From Escherichia phage UE-S5b, in the sequence record PP301341.1: a stretch of DNA of 64,000 bases; one strand, written 5' to 3'. Position numbers and translations under genes: made by a program. The notes beneath the pieces were generated by a model, which made no database searches, had not been told where the DNA came from, and saw nothing but the letters and a program-made list of their open reading frames with translations. Positions 37,654-48,648 of this stretch are shown in pieces. Each line of letters starts with the position of its first letter. Within the stretch, counting starts at the first letter, position 1.

Positions 37654-40229
37654 GCGAATGCCTTTTGAATTATTTGATGAACTTCTTCTGGGGTAGCGTG
37701 ATTTGGAATTTCAATCTCGTTAGCCCACGTTGGGTAAAACAAGGATAGTTCCCCACCCAAACCAACTTCTGGATGAGCAATATCAGGATGATCCTGCCAG
37801 TTAACGGCTTCAACCAAGTGCTTGTTCGTATACTGCAAGGTGTCCATGTTATCGCGAATCATGAAGTATTGGGCATCATGAATGTGAATACAAGGGCGTA
37901 TATCTAACCTGAACTCACTGGTTCTGACTTTACGCATAAACTCTGAGCCAGCACGGTTATTCAGTAGACACCAGCTTTGACCTAATGCGTTACCAGCAGT
38001 TCTGCCTTCTGCTTCTGCTTCATATGGAGTCTTACATGTCCCACGTAATACCTGAGCCAGTAAAGGAGTACGCACTCTCAAACCAAATGCAGCAGTTACA
38101 TAACCAGTCTTAGCAGCTTCATCTAGCTTAGCCTGAACCCACATATCACTAACTACATAGAGATCGTGATAACGTTTCTCTGTAGTCTTAGCCTTCTCTT
38201 CGGAGAAGCCACAGTTTTTCATTAAGCCCATATAAGTACCACCATAGGTAAGTAAGAAGGTTGGAGCCTTCGAGTCACTACGCAATGATTTGTACTTATG
38301 CTGAATGGAGTTAATGGATTCTACTGTGTCTTCAATGTCTGGCATCTGCTCACCAAAATAAGCATATGCGCGAAGACTATGACCGTCATAACCATCGGTA
38401 TATACCTTAAGCTTCTGTGGGTCTTTAGTCGTCAGTGCAGAGATTCTGTCTTCCAGCGAGGCGAAATCCAAGCCGCAAAATATCCAGCCTGGAGGAGCTT
38501 CGAAGCATTTCTTAATCTTCTTGGCATATTTAGAGCCGGATGGANTTGTTTGTAGATTTGGCTCTGAAGCCGATAACCTACCGGAGACTGTGCCTCCCAG
38601 ATTGAGGTTACCGAACAGGTAGTGCCAGCCATCTGGTCCCGGTTGGGCATTCCTGAAAGCTGGTATAAAGCTAGTGATAATCTTATCCACGAGCTTATAG
38701 TCGATAAGTGCATTGAGCAGTTCCTTAACATCTTCACTCTGCGTATGTGTACGCAGTGCTTTAATAGTGTCACCGTCAGTAGCAGGTTGCTTGCTCTTAG
38801 TAAGACCAAGAACCGGTAAGCCGATATAATCAAATAACAACTTCTGTAGTTGTGGACCAGAGTTAGGATTAAACTCGATGTCACAATCAGCCAGTGTTAC
38901 CTGTTTCTTTTTCAACTTAGCATTCTTATCGTCTACCCATTCCTGACGAAGCATCAGGGTAAAGTTCTTCATGAGGTTAGACTCACGAATAGTTTTCAGA
39001 GCCTGGTTCCTGTCAGTTTCCATTTCTTCAGCTACTTGGTTAACGGTTTCCATATTCATGGGCATACCGGTTAACTGCATCTGAATAATGTCTTCACAGG
39101 CTGGTTTAAAGATGTTGTTGTAAACATCTAGTTGGTCATCGGCAATGAGAGTATCCCAGTGCTTCTCATAAGTGTACCAAGTACACAATCCATCAATGAG
39201 GTTGTAGCGTAGCAATTGCTCATTGGGTATAAGACGTATGTCTTTAATATCATCCTGAGCATAGTTACCAGCATATTCCTGAGCCTGGTCTTTCAGACTA
39301 AGGTGATTACCAGCACAACTGTTAGTAGCCAAGTAGGTAATTAACTTAGTACAGTCCCAATTGCGTAGCATGATCTCCATGCCGTGCAGTAAGCCTTCCG
39401 TATCAATCAGGTTATCCATGAACAGCTGATAGATAAGTATGTACACGTCATAGCTAATGTTGTGATACATCTGCCGTTGGGTGTACTTAATGAAGAACTC
39501 ACGCAGAAGGTTTCGAACAATATCATTACGGTTGATACGCCCGTATGGTGCTTCTGTAGCCCCAGGAATTGGCTCGTAGTCCACATTAAAGGCTATGCCT
39601 TGTGTCTTACTCCAACAGAATGTAATTGTTCCTATACCAGCGTTATAATGCTTTAAACCGAATGCTTCGATGTCTATAGCCAAAGGCTTATTCATCTCAA
39701 GCAACTGGTCTAACCAGGCTTTAATCTTCTCAGGAGTATCTGGATAGGCTTCAAACTCAATGATTCCCTGACCTGGTTCAGCATACTGCCCACGTATATG
39801 GTTGAGTAATGCATCCATACCCTGAGCAATCTTGGATTTCACTACAGGTGGGTCATAAAATACCTGCCTGTAGCTAGGCGTATAGATAACCTTCTGCTTA
39901 CCCCATACTGAGTCACAAACATAGCCGAGGTTAGCCTCTGCTTTAGCTTCCTTAGTCAGTATTTTAAAGTAGTCAGAATCGGTACAGATAATGTATTGAG
40001 TTTCCGCATCATCCAGTACTTGTTGCAGTTCCTGCTGTATGAACTCCTTAATCTCCCTTGCAGGAGTCTTCTTCTTGCCTGGAGCAGAATGAAGTTCAAT
40101 GAAGATGAAGTCTTCCATGCTTAGGTCATAAGGCAGCAGGTAGGTTTTAATCATCTCCTCCCTTCGGATTTGATGACCGAGGATAGCAATAGGATACTTA
40201 CCAGTATCCTGAGAGGTGATGTAACGCAT
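37650..40229 (-). CDS. DNA polymerase, family A, with 3'-5' exonuclease domain (N4 gp39-like)
   Basis: 859 aa; Exo I-like AIDIEAFG, motif A-like DFASLEDRI, motif B-like K..FLLTYGGTY, motif C-like IHIHDA. Confidence 0.85.
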   Translation of the reverse strand: MRYITSQDTGKYPIAILGHQIRREEMIKTYLLPYDLSMEDFIFIELHSAPGKKKTPAREIKEFIQQELQQVLDDAETQYIICTDSDYFKILTKEAKAEANLGYVCDSVWGKQKVIYTPSYRQVFYDPPVVKSKIAQGMDALLNHIRGQYAEPGQGIIEFEAYPDTPEKIKAWLDQLLEMNKPLAIDIEAFGLKHYNAGIGTITFCWSKTQGIAFNVDYEPIPGATEAPYGRINRNDIVRNLLREFFIKYTQRQMYHNISYDVYILIYQLFMDNLIDTEGLLHGMEIMLRNWDCTKLITYLATNSCAGNHLSLKDQAQEYAGNYAQDDIKDIRLIPNEQLLRYNLIDGLCTWYTYEKHWDTLIADDQLDVYNNIFKPACEDIIQMQLTGMPMNMETVNQVAEEMETDRNQALKTIRESNLMKNFTLMLRQEWVDDKNAKLKKKQVTLADCDIEFNPNSGPQLQKLLFDYIGLPVLGLTKSKQPATDGDTIKALRTHTQSEDVKELLNALIDYKLVDKIITSFIPAFRNAQPGPDGWHYLFGNLNLGGTVSGRLSASEPNLQTXPSGSKYAKKIKKCFEAPPGWIFCGLDFASLEDRISALTTKDPQKLKVYTDGYDGHSLRAYAYFGEQMPDIEDTVESINSIQHKYKSLRSDSKAPTFLLTYGGTYMGLMKNCGFSEEKAKTTEKRYHDLYVVSDMWVQAKLDEAAKTGYVTAAFGLRVRTPLLAQVLRGTCKTPYEAEAEGRTAGNALGQSWCLLNNRAGSEFMRKVRTSEFRLDIRPCIHIHDAQYFMIRDNMDTLQYTNKHLVEAVNWQDHPDIAHPEVGLGGELSLFYPTWANEIEIPNHATPEEVHQIIQKAFA

Positions 40230-40238
40230 AGCTTTACC

Positions 40239-40769
40239 TTAGAAAATCAGATGGGAAGCTGCATAGTACTCAATAGAAGGCAGAATCTTCTCATACTGCT
40301 TAATTGCCATAGCATCACCAGCAAGTGTCCAGGCTGCTTCACGAATACGTGGCAGTTCCTTGTACTTACCAGTCTGGTCTTGGGCTACCAGACACTCAGG
40401 TAAAGCATCACGTACATCCTGATAGGACATACAACCACGAACCAGACGATATACAGTCTGGTTCACAAGGTGTACTTCCATAATCAAACGACTGGAGGCT
40501 TTCAGATACTTGTCCATTGCAGGCCATAGTTCTGGATTAAGAGTTAGCCGCTCACCGTAGGTGGGAGGTCTGGTAGCATTAGAACGCTGATAGAACTCTC
40601 CCTGGTGAAGGAATCCAGCCGATACATCTACACCGTTAATACGGTCATTCTTATCAATAATACTGTTTAACACACCATCAAGACGAACCAGTTCTGCTAA
40701 GAACAGGTGTTTGACTATCTCGCTGCTATTGGCAACCTGACCAATAGTCGCTGAACCAATCTGAGGCAT
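40239..40769 (-). CDS. hypothetical protein
   Basis: 176 aa ORF between helicase and polymerase. Confidence 0.5.
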   Translation of the reverse strand: MPQIGSATIGQVANSSEIVKHLFLAELVRLDGVLNSIIDKNDRINGVDVSAGFLHQGEFYQRSNATRPPTYGERLTLNPELWPAMDKYLKASSRLIMEVHLVNQTVYRLVRGCMSYQDVRDALPECLVAQDQTGKYKELPRIREAAWTLAGDAMAIKQYEKILPSIEYYAASHLIF

Positions 40770-40779
40770 ATATCCTCCC

Positions 40780-42090
40780 TTAGAAAGTTAGACCACCATA
40801 CTTACTGGCAAGATTGCCATAGAACACTACACGCTTACGAGCGCGAGACACAGCGACGTAAAGCAGACGGGCAACCATATCTGGTTGGCGACAGCTTGAG
40901 AGGTCATTTGCATCAATGAAGATTGTGTCGTAAGTAGAGCCTTGTGATTTATGGACAGTACATGCATGAGTAGCACGCAGGTCTGGAATGGTTTCTTTAA
41001 GACGGAAGTAAGGTTCCCAGTTCTTCTCCTTACCTAACCACTTAACCAAACGGTTGAAGTAGTCTGGGTCAGTAGGTACTGGAACTTCACTTACAATGCC
41101 ACCATAGCCTAGGTCAAGAGTACTATCACGAACTTCCAGTTCCAGGTCACCTGTAACCTTAATCATGCGAGTACTACTATCCTGGTCAATGAGTTTTACG
41201 TCCTGTTCAATAGATAAACGATTATCCACACCCAAGCGAACAGCAGAGTTAGAAACTAACTGTTCACCGATGGAGTATTCACCCACATAACCGTTAGCTT
41301 CACGAATGTAGTTATTGTAATTAATAACCTGGTCATTTGTGTAAGCAACAATACGGCTGTTGGTAGGTTGAGTGAAGTGACTGAGAACCAATTTCTCCAT
41401 CTCTTCCTCCTGTACCCAGTCAATGATACCTGGGATACATTTAATTGGCAGGAAGCCTGTCTTACCTTCCACCGTATCACGCAATTGCTGGTGCAATACT
41501 TTAAGTTCCGGTGCATCAGTACGCATCTGTTCAGTCAGATAGTGTGTTGGGATATTACCTGCGTATACCGGAGACTTATTCTCTTTAACAGGCAAAAGCT
41601 GAGAAGCATCACCTACAAATACCAGTTTGCACTGGTGAGTACCTTCACGAGCATACTTAAGTAACTGACGGTCAATCATGGATGCTTCGTCTACGAAGAT
41701 GATTTTGTTCTTCTTAATATTGAATGATTTAGACGGCACTACGTTAGCCTCACCAGTCTTAAAATCATTCTTAACAATCAGACCCTGGAAGGAGTGATAG
41801 GTAGATGTTGGACGTCCTGTAGCTTGAGCCAGTACTTCAGCAGCTTTGTTCGTGGTCGCAGTCATGACAACTTCGTTATACAGAGGCTTGGTTCCCATAA
41901 GGGAGCAAGTTTCCATATATGCAGGCATAGTGTCATCAATGAGGTGCGACATCAGGAATGTCTTACCAGTACCACCTGGGCCTGAAATTCCAAATTCGGT
42001 AGCATTAGGGTCGAGCAGGAAGTCGAAGAACTCCTTCGCAACCGCTTCTTGCCCCTTGTTCAGTGGGGCTTTGGTAGGTTTGGAAAACAT
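40780..42090 (-). CDS. SF1 DNA helicase (Dda/RecD-like)
   Basis: Walker A GPGGTGKT, Walker B IFVDEASMID; 436 aa. Confidence 0.8.
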   Translation of the reverse strand: MFSKPTKAPLNKGQEAVAKEFFDFLLDPNATEFGISGPGGTGKTFLMSHLIDDTMPAYMETCSLMGTKPLYNEVVMTATTNKAAEVLAQATGRPTSTYHSFQGLIVKNDFKTGEANVVPSKSFNIKKNKIIFVDEASMIDRQLLKYAREGTHQCKLVFVGDASQLLPVKENKSPVYAGNIPTHYLTEQMRTDAPELKVLHQQLRDTVEGKTGFLPIKCIPGIIDWVQEEEMEKLVLSHFTQPTNSRIVAYTNDQVINYNNYIREANGYVGEYSIGEQLVSNSAVRLGVDNRLSIEQDVKLIDQDSSTRMIKVTGDLELEVRDSTLDLGYGGIVSEVPVPTDPDYFNRLVKWLGKEKNWEPYFRLKETIPDLRATHACTVHKSQGSTYDTIFIDANDLSSCRQPDMVARLLYVAVSRARKRVVFYGNLASKYGGLTF

Positions 42091-42100
42091 TAAAATCTCC

Positions 42101-42124
42101 AGTAAAAAACCCTCCGTAGAGGGT
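42101..42124 (-). terminator. rho-independent terminator
   Basis: ACCCTC-CGTA-GAGGGT with A-run on + (U-run on -), overlapping the stop of gene 42124-42591. Confidence 0.5.
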
Positions 42125-42591
42125 TAGATGTAAGGGGTTAAATCCGGGGGAGTGTAGTCTTTCCCCTTCATGACTTTCTTATTCTCATTGAAGACAGGTT
42201 CCCCATCTTCAAACTTAGAATAGTTAGAGCGATTGACTTCATTCAATGCTCCAGGGACATTCATCCCAAGGAAAGTACCGACGCCGGTTGCTGTAACAAT
42301 CTGGTCAGCAAGACTATCAAGGATAGCTAAACGATGGCTGTTCGGTGCATATACCTCTTTGTCATCTTTTTTCATTAAATCAGACAATTCGGTTAATGCT
42401 GCAATGGCATTGTGAAGAATATCGTAAGCATCTTCTGAGTTAGCGTATAACTCGTCTAGCATCTCTACTACTTCTTCCAGATGACAACCAATCTGGGTAC
42501 TAATATTCTTACTCGTCGGATTTGGTACTGCTTTCCGGAACCAGGCTTCCGTATTTGCCAGCGTACAAACGGATGAACTTGTCATGCTCAC
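42124..42591 (-). CDS. putative MazG-like nucleotide pyrophosphohydrolase (tentative)
   Basis: All-alpha pattern GCHLEEVVEMLDE...LADQIV..TG...ALNEVNRSNYSKF reminiscent of MazG/HisE-type NTP pyrophosphatases. Confidence 0.35.
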   Translation of the reverse strand: MSMTSSSVCTLANTEAWFRKAVPNPTSKNISTQIGCHLEEVVEMLDELYANSEDAYDILHNAIAALTELSDLMKKDDKEVYAPNSHRLAILDSLADQIVTATGVGTFLGMNVPGALNEVNRSNYSKFEDGEPVFNENKKVMKGKDYTPPDLTPYI

Positions 42592-42904
42592 TCTCTTGGT
42601 TAAGGTGGCGATTATTATATGCCTCCAGAATTAAGTCTCTTACGTATGAGCGAATCTCATAAGCAGGACCAACTTGTTCTGATAGCCAATCAGCCACATG
42701 GGTTGGTAAAGGACGTAATACGTTTTCCATGAATGTCCGACGTGTGTCGGCTGGTTCAATGTTTAAAGAACGCAATCGCAAAGTAACCGTAGTGGGGTGA
42801 ACCCCCAACGTCTTAGCGATAGTTGCGAGGGATAGCCCAACAGCATTCATACGAATGATGTCTTCATCAGTTGCTTTGCGATTACTTCTGAATACTTTAC
42901 TCAT
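42509..42904 (-). CDS. helix-turn-helix DNA-binding protein
   Basis: ATG 42904 preceded by AGAGGAA; HTH-like segment IIRMNAVGLSLATIAKTLGVHPTTVTLRLRSL. Confidence 0.5.
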   Translation of the reverse strand: MSKVFRSNRKATDEDIIRMNAVGLSLATIAKTLGVHPTTVTLRLRSLNIEPADTRRTFMENVLRPLPTHVADWLSEQVGPAYEIRSYVRDLILEAYNNRHLNQESEHDKFIRLYAGKYGSLVPESSTKSDE

Positions 42905-42966
42905 AGTACAATTCCTCTTCAAATTTACCCTCACTTTATTACAAGTGAGGGCATTTGAACAGGCTA

Positions 42967-45027
42967 TTACTTAACTGCTTTAACCAGCTTGGTAGCTAAT
43001 TTAGCTTCTTCTTCAGTCAGACCCATTGCAGTGAATGACTTCTTAGCATGACGTTTATAGTCTTGCAGAGCATGGCCTTTCTGATAGTCAGAATATGACG
43101 TATCGTTCAGGATGCTACGCAGATTATCAACGTGTTTACCAGAAGGAGCTACTTTAGAAGCAGCAGCAGAACGTGTAGGTTTAACTGTCTTATCCTGCTT
43201 AACAGCTTTAGGTTTACCAATAGGCTTAATTGTATAGGTAGCACGTACATCAGCAATCTTAGCTACCACGTCACTACCTACATCAAATGCAGCCCAAGGC
43301 TTACGAGCTTTGGAACGCAGTTCTACCAGAAGGTCAGCAGCAGCTAACTTATCTTCTGGTGTTGTTGCATTAAGGAACTCTTTAACCAGTTCCTGGATTT
43401 GTTCTTTCACAGTAGGAGCCTTCTTAATAACGGGTTTAAGGTCAGTAGCCTTCACTGGTTCAGCAGCTACAGCTTCATTCAGTGACTCTTCCATGTCCAG
43501 TGCTTCTTTGCTAGCAACTGTACGGAATTGTTCTACAGAACCAGATGTGAGATTGGTGTATTTGAGGTTAGTACCACGATGTCCACCAACCATAATAAGT
43601 GTGGTAGGTGAACTATGGTTCCCAACGATGGCATCATTAAGTAGTTTCTTACCTACTTCAGTTTTAGACAAATAGATACCACTGTTAACGTTATTACGTT
43701 CCTCTTCCGGCAGTTCAGCAATAATGTGATACGCAGATACACGCATCTTATTAGTGCTGTACTGAGGAACAGCAAATACATCTTCTGGTGCTACTTTACC
43801 AAGGATAGTTACGTTACCACCGAAGCTACGAATATAGCTCATGGATGCTACATGCAGACCGTTAGAACAGTCCTGACGACGGTCAGGATCTACCAGGTCT
43901 TCCCGTACCTGCACTTTACAGCCTACCCACTGTTTGATGTTACCTGAGTGACAGTCAACGAATACACGTTTACCATCTTCTTTCCCTTTATACTGAAGGC
44001 GTTTAAGGAACAGGATTGAACCATCATCAGCGATAGGCAATTCAGCAGTTTCCATGAACTTCATCAGGTCTTCTACTGAGTGCAGACGGTCTTTAATAAC
44101 CGGAGCCAGACGCTCAAGGAACTTAGTGAAGCCCTTGTAGTCTTTCAACTTGGCAGACTGACGTAAGTGACGTTGCAGGTTCTCAACTCCAGGGATAACC
44201 CCATCGTTGGTAACAGCAACAACCACTTCATCTTCCTTCACATCAGTGTGAAAGTTAGCGTTATCAGTACTAATAGCACCTAATGCAGCTAATTTCTCGG
44301 ATGCAGCAGCCAGCTTATCCTGGTTCGTAGTTTTAGCTACTTCAATGTAAGGTGGTGGGGTATGTTTACGGCTGGTAAATACAATATGTACACCTTTGAT
44401 ATGCTTGGCTTGTTTAGCAAACTCACCCATTTCATCATCGGATACTGCACGAACTGCAACAGGCCATTCCTGTCTGAGCATGGTGTTGGTTTGTTCATAC
44501 CCCCAACCCATTACGTCGTTAATAAAACGAACCAGTGCAGGATAGTTATGGTCCTTATCCCAGCCAGTAATCCACATCAGATTGTCACGTCTGTCGTAGC
44601 AACCATCTGATACTGTTACTTCTGGTTCATTAGCTTGTACAGCCAGGAATGTATCCATAGCTTTAGATACTAATGTCTTGGTGGGATTGCCTAGCTTAAT
44701 ATCAGAAACGGCTTGGGTAGGTTGAACATCTGTACCATCCTGGAAGAACTCTTTGAGTTTAGCTTTAGCTACCTTGAAGAAACGGACGAATCCATTAGTG
44801 TTCTTCTCTGCTTCCAGATACTCATTACGCAGTGATACTTCTGGTGCAATGTTTACTTCTATCAGGTCTTTGGTAATTCCCAAGCCTTTGGTTTGTGCTT
44901 CAGATACGATACGAGCAACCCGTGGGTCGCTCTGTGGATATACAATTGTGGAGCCATCAGGCTTCCACAATGTTAAGTTTCGACTGTCAACTGCCAGTGC
45001 GATGATAGAAATCAGTTCGATTTTCAT
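42967..45027 (-). CDS. rIIB: rIIB-like protein
   Basis: 686 aa ORF immediately downstream of the rIIA-like gene; assigned by pairing and size. Confidence 0.5.
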   Translation of the reverse strand: MKIELISIIALAVDSRNLTLWKPDGSTIVYPQSDPRVARIVSEAQTKGLGITKDLIEVNIAPEVSLRNEYLEAEKNTNGFVRFFKVAKAKLKEFFQDGTDVQPTQAVSDIKLGNPTKTLVSKAMDTFLAVQANEPEVTVSDGCYDRRDNLMWITGWDKDHNYPALVRFINDVMGWGYEQTNTMLRQEWPVAVRAVSDDEMGEFAKQAKHIKGVHIVFTSRKHTPPPYIEVAKTTNQDKLAAASEKLAALGAISTDNANFHTDVKEDEVVVAVTNDGVIPGVENLQRHLRQSAKLKDYKGFTKFLERLAPVIKDRLHSVEDLMKFMETAELPIADDGSILFLKRLQYKGKEDGKRVFVDCHSGNIKQWVGCKVQVREDLVDPDRRQDCSNGLHVASMSYIRSFGGNVTILGKVAPEDVFAVPQYSTNKMRVSAYHIIAELPEEERNNVNSGIYLSKTEVGKKLLNDAIVGNHSSPTTLIMVGGHRGTNLKYTNLTSGSVEQFRTVASKEALDMEESLNEAVAAEPVKATDLKPVIKKAPTVKEQIQELVKEFLNATTPEDKLAAADLLVELRSKARKPWAAFDVGSDVVAKIADVRATYTIKPIGKPKAVKQDKTVKPTRSAAASKVAPSGKHVDNLRSILNDTSYSDYQKGHALQDYKRHAKKSFTAMGLTEEEAKLATKLVKAVK

Positions 45028-45031
45028 CAGA

Positions 45032-47599
45032 TTAGTTACCTTTCAGTTTATTTAGACGATTACGGTAGAGGGACTTAAACCCAGGAATATCCTCTGGATT
45101 TTTCTTGAGGTGTTTAACTAAACTCCCCAAGTCCAGACTCTGTAGTATGTCACCAGCACTCCAGCTATAGCTGAATAACCCCTTGTACTGATTAAGTATT
45201 TCAAAGTACTTATGATTACGCGGATTAACCATCATTGTATATGGCTCTAAGTCATCAACTGACTTAATACAACCCATTTCAACAAGTTTTTCTTTGTTGT
45301 TATGTGGTCGATTCCGTAGAAAGTCATATGCCCATTCATACTCTGGTTTAAAAATCAGATTCTGTAATGGTTTGAATGTTAGACCAAGAATATCGAGGAT
45401 TTCCCAGTATTCCCTGTCATCTAATCCTACATATTCCAGAATACCAATACGGTGTTCAGTAACATATTTCTTGAAGCCTTTGCTGGTAATAACTGGCATC
45501 AGCTCCATAAAACGAACGTCATCAATGTGAATAGCACCACGTCGTTTAGCTTTGTTAGCTTCAATTTGATTGCGACAGACAACAGTCTCTGCTTTCATCT
45601 CGTCAGATAACTCATACCATTTCCACATGGTTCCAATCCGAGCAGTTACAGGACTACCAGAACTAACCTGATTGGCTAGTACGTAGTACTTAGGCTGTTC
45701 CACTTCAACGAAACCGTACTTCTCATGGAAGCTTGGGTCAGTAAAATCCTTGTCAATGTACGGCTTAGAATCCCAATCCCCACTTTTATTTCGTACAGGA
45801 GTAGTACCGAGAACTGCATTCAACGAAATCAGAGCATTAGTTTTACCCCCTGCTTTGGTTTTATTGGCAGCTATCGTCTTAGCTCGTTTCTCAGCAGCTA
45901 TCTTAGCTTGTTCTCTGCGGTAGTTAGTTGGTTTGTCCCACTCATTATATTGAGTGAGGTCAATTACCCGATAACCCATAGCAGTGAACTTAGCTACAGC
46001 TTCTTCTGCTGCACCCTTTTTAGGACTAACGACGTGAACAAAAGCTGTACGCTCCAGGTCACCTCGGTTGTACTCAGGGAAGTATGAGAAAGAGTCTGCA
46101 CAGTCAGATAAACGTCGAGTAACTACAACGTTCTTGGTAGTGAATATACCAATACTCTGGTGGGAGTTATGGTACATCTTAAAGTAGTCAGTAAGTTTGC
46201 CTTTTATCAGGTCTACAAAGTTACCCTGGTTCATTATGTAACCAGACCATTTAATGCCAGTAGCTTTTAAATCAGCAAGCTGAGGTAAGTGCAGATGACG
46301 ATATACTAATTCCTGGAATGAGGAATATGTATTTGCTTCACGAGTATCCTTAAGGGCACGCATAGCCTTACCATACAACTTCTTAAGACCTGCATATTCG
46401 GGACGAGCTAGTAATGCTTTGTTAGATAAGTTACGCCAGTGCTTGATGTGATGCTTACGTTGCTTAGCCCATAAACTAGAGGACATATAACTTTGAACAA
46501 TTGGGTCTGTAACAGCAAGTAGGAAAGATGGATACTCCCAAAAGCGAGTAGAGGATTTAGAGGCGTATTCTTCAACCTGCTTAATAGCTTCAGGAATTTT
46601 AGCCCTAATCTCTTTCTCCATACGGTCTACTAAATCTACACACAGAGTAGTAATACCATCGTCAGTTAACTTCTGGTTAGACAGTGTTTCTCGACTAGGA
46701 GCAATAGCTAGAGTATCAGGTGCAGCCTGAACCACCAGATTAGAAGCACCAATGATATTCATAAAGTTGAGGATAAGACCTACAGCCTCTTCACTAGCTG
46801 GGCTGGATACAATTGGGTACATTACGTTACCGTAACGAACGAATATGTTACTGTTACCCATATAGCCTTGATACCATCTATCAGACATATCGTATGAACC
46901 AGGTTCAAATGACATTCCTAGTGTATTCAGTAGAGTGTAGTCACCTTGCTGAATACTATTACCTTCTTCTGTTTTAACGAGTTTAGGGATACTAAGTTCA
47001 GCTTTAATCTCACCGTTAAATACTATTGATGTGATGTAATGTACAAAGGTATTTAAATCATGCTTGCCTAACTGGAATTTAACTTCCAGCCCAGATTCCT
47101 CAGTAGGAATATTAGTAACAATAGGAACAATGCCTGGTTTACCGTCATTCTCAATCGCAGCTTTAGCTACGTTATATACCGACATCTTTCCCTGGTTCCA
47201 TGAAGTAACCTGGAAGCTATCTGTATAAGCGAACGGGGATTTACATCCCAGACCAAAACCACCAGTAACACTACTGTTGGCTTTCTTAGTAGATGCACCA
47301 TAGACACCATAAATGGAACCAATGAGTTCATCGGGGATGCCATTACCAAAGTCACGGAAGGTAATAAAGTTGTCTGTATCAATAGTGATACGAATAGGGG
47401 TATCAGTCTTACCTGCTTCAATATGAGCATCCCAACTGTTACAGATAGTCTCACGGACTACTGCCAGAGTAGGATTGTTATATAAGGAAGTACTTAATAC
47501 ATGGAAGAATGCCGGGTCATCAGAGATGCCAAAGGCAATTGTTTCTTTGCCACCCAGTGTCGCTGAGGTAGCTACTTCATTGGTATCTGCAACTAACAT
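45032..47599 (-). CDS. rIIA: rIIA-like protein with N-terminal GHKL-type ATPase fold
   Basis: 855 aa; N-box-like ETICNSWDAH and G-rich GGFGLGCKSPF near the N-terminus. Confidence 0.65.
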   Translation of the reverse strand: MLVADTNEVATSATLGGKETIAFGISDDPAFFHVLSTSLYNNPTLAVVRETICNSWDAHIEAGKTDTPIRITIDTDNFITFRDFGNGIPDELIGSIYGVYGASTKKANSSVTGGFGLGCKSPFAYTDSFQVTSWNQGKMSVYNVAKAAIENDGKPGIVPIVTNIPTEESGLEVKFQLGKHDLNTFVHYITSIVFNGEIKAELSIPKLVKTEEGNSIQQGDYTLLNTLGMSFEPGSYDMSDRWYQGYMGNSNIFVRYGNVMYPIVSSPASEEAVGLILNFMNIIGASNLVVQAAPDTLAIAPSRETLSNQKLTDDGITTLCVDLVDRMEKEIRAKIPEAIKQVEEYASKSSTRFWEYPSFLLAVTDPIVQSYMSSSLWAKQRKHHIKHWRNLSNKALLARPEYAGLKKLYGKAMRALKDTREANTYSSFQELVYRHLHLPQLADLKATGIKWSGYIMNQGNFVDLIKGKLTDYFKMYHNSHQSIGIFTTKNVVVTRRLSDCADSFSYFPEYNRGDLERTAFVHVVSPKKGAAEEAVAKFTAMGYRVIDLTQYNEWDKPTNYRREQAKIAAEKRAKTIAANKTKAGGKTNALISLNAVLGTTPVRNKSGDWDSKPYIDKDFTDPSFHEKYGFVEVEQPKYYVLANQVSSGSPVTARIGTMWKWYELSDEMKAETVVCRNQIEANKAKRRGAIHIDDVRFMELMPVITSKGFKKYVTEHRIGILEYVGLDDREYWEILDILGLTFKPLQNLIFKPEYEWAYDFLRNRPHNNKEKLVEMGCIKSVDDLEPYTMMVNPRNHKYFEILNQYKGLFSYSWSAGDILQSLDLGSLVKHLKKNPEDIPGFKSLYRNRLNKLKGN

Positions 47600-47642
47600 T
47601 TATTTACTCTCCAGATTAAATGTTGCTTCTTGGTTATGACTA

Positions 47643-47867
47643 TTAAGAATCTAATGCTGATTTACAGGCTTCAAAGATTACTTTACGTAATTCCCGTTCT
47701 TTTTCCGGTTCCTCGTGGGGACTGTAACCAAAGGGACTGTTTTGCATAAAACTAGCCAGAATTAGTAAATCTTCTTCAGATAGACCATCAATAGCGATGG
47801 AGTATTGGTTTTTGCTTTTTACTGTAGCGTTAGCCATTTCGTTTCTCCGCCATTGCTTGTAGTACAA
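47643..47867 (-). CDS. hypothetical small protein
   Basis: 74 aa ORF. Confidence 0.4.
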   Translation of the reverse strand: MYYKQWRRNEMANATVKSKNQYSIAIDGLSEEDLLILASFMQNSPFGYSPHEEPEKERELRKVIFEACKSALDS

Positions 47868-48192
47868 ATACTACAGCATCTGAAATTTGGTCATCGGTTG
47901 GTTCAACTAATTGACCATTCTCATCATACATTTCTTTCAGAAGTGCATTCAGTTCAGCCATACCAGCCAATACCATTTCCTTACTTGGTTCCAGCCATAA
48001 CTTACGTTCCTCTGCCAATGCAGCAATGCACATACACAGGGACGCAATATTTGCTGGGCAAGCAGCAATATCACCAGTTACCACAATTTCACTAAGTGGA
48101 ACAGCTTTACCGGTTTTACTATGAATAACTTCAGGATTAATCATGGATTTGCTCCAGGTTATGAGCAGGAATAGGGAAGCATGGATAGTCAC
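47830..48192 (-). CDS. hypothetical protein
   Basis: 120 aa ORF. Confidence 0.4.
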   Translation of the reverse strand: MTIHASLFLLITWSKSMINPEVIHSKTGKAVPLSEIVVTGDIAACPANIASLCMCIAALAEERKLWLEPSKEMVLAGMAELNALLKEMYDENGQLVEPTDDQISDAVVFVLQAMAEKRNG

Positions 48193-48379
48193 CGGTAGGG
48201 TCCAGTGTTACTGATACATGCAGTGTATTTGTCATTTGGGTTAACATCAGAGCAGCATTGAAATCGTCCTGGATACAGGCATATACAATGTCACCCTTCT
48301 CTCCCTCACACATTACAGGTGTGTCTTTGATACGGTATTTAGCAGGCATATGCCCTCCTAAAAGAGTTAATAGAATCAA
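48137..48379 (-). CDS. hypothetical small protein
   Basis: 80 aa ORF. Confidence 0.4.
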   Translation of the reverse strand: MILLTLLGGHMPAKYRIKDTPVMCEGEKGDIVYACIQDDFNAALMLTQMTNTLHVSVTLDPTGDYPCFPIPAHNLEQIHD

Positions 48380-48383
48380 AAAA

Positions 48384-48403
48384 AGACCTCCCGGAGGAGG
48401 TCT
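48384..48403 (-). terminator. rho-independent terminator
   Basis: AGACCTCC-CGGA-GGAGGTCT with A-run on +. Confidence 0.5.
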
Positions 48404-48408
48404 TAGGT

Positions 48409-48648
48409 TTACTTACGACTTCCTTCTACGAAAAGTCGTATTTGTTTTTTCACTTCTTCTTTCTCACGTATTGCTTCGTAGTCACGAGCAAAGTAGTAAA
48501 CACACCATAATCCAATTTCACTTACAAAGAACAGAATACTAGCTCGAATGAACTGCATATCTGTTTCTACTACAAAGGCAACTTTGTATGCGTAGGTAAG
48601 TGTTAATAGGGTACTAATTAGCATTGCGTACAGAGCTAGTTTTTTCAT
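48409..48648 (-). CDS. small membrane protein
   Basis: 79 aa with two hydrophobic helices. Confidence 0.4.
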   Translation of the reverse strand: MKKLALYAMLISTLLTLTYAYKVAFVVETDMQFIRASILFFVSEIGLWCVYYFARDYEAIREKEEVKKQIRLFVEGSRK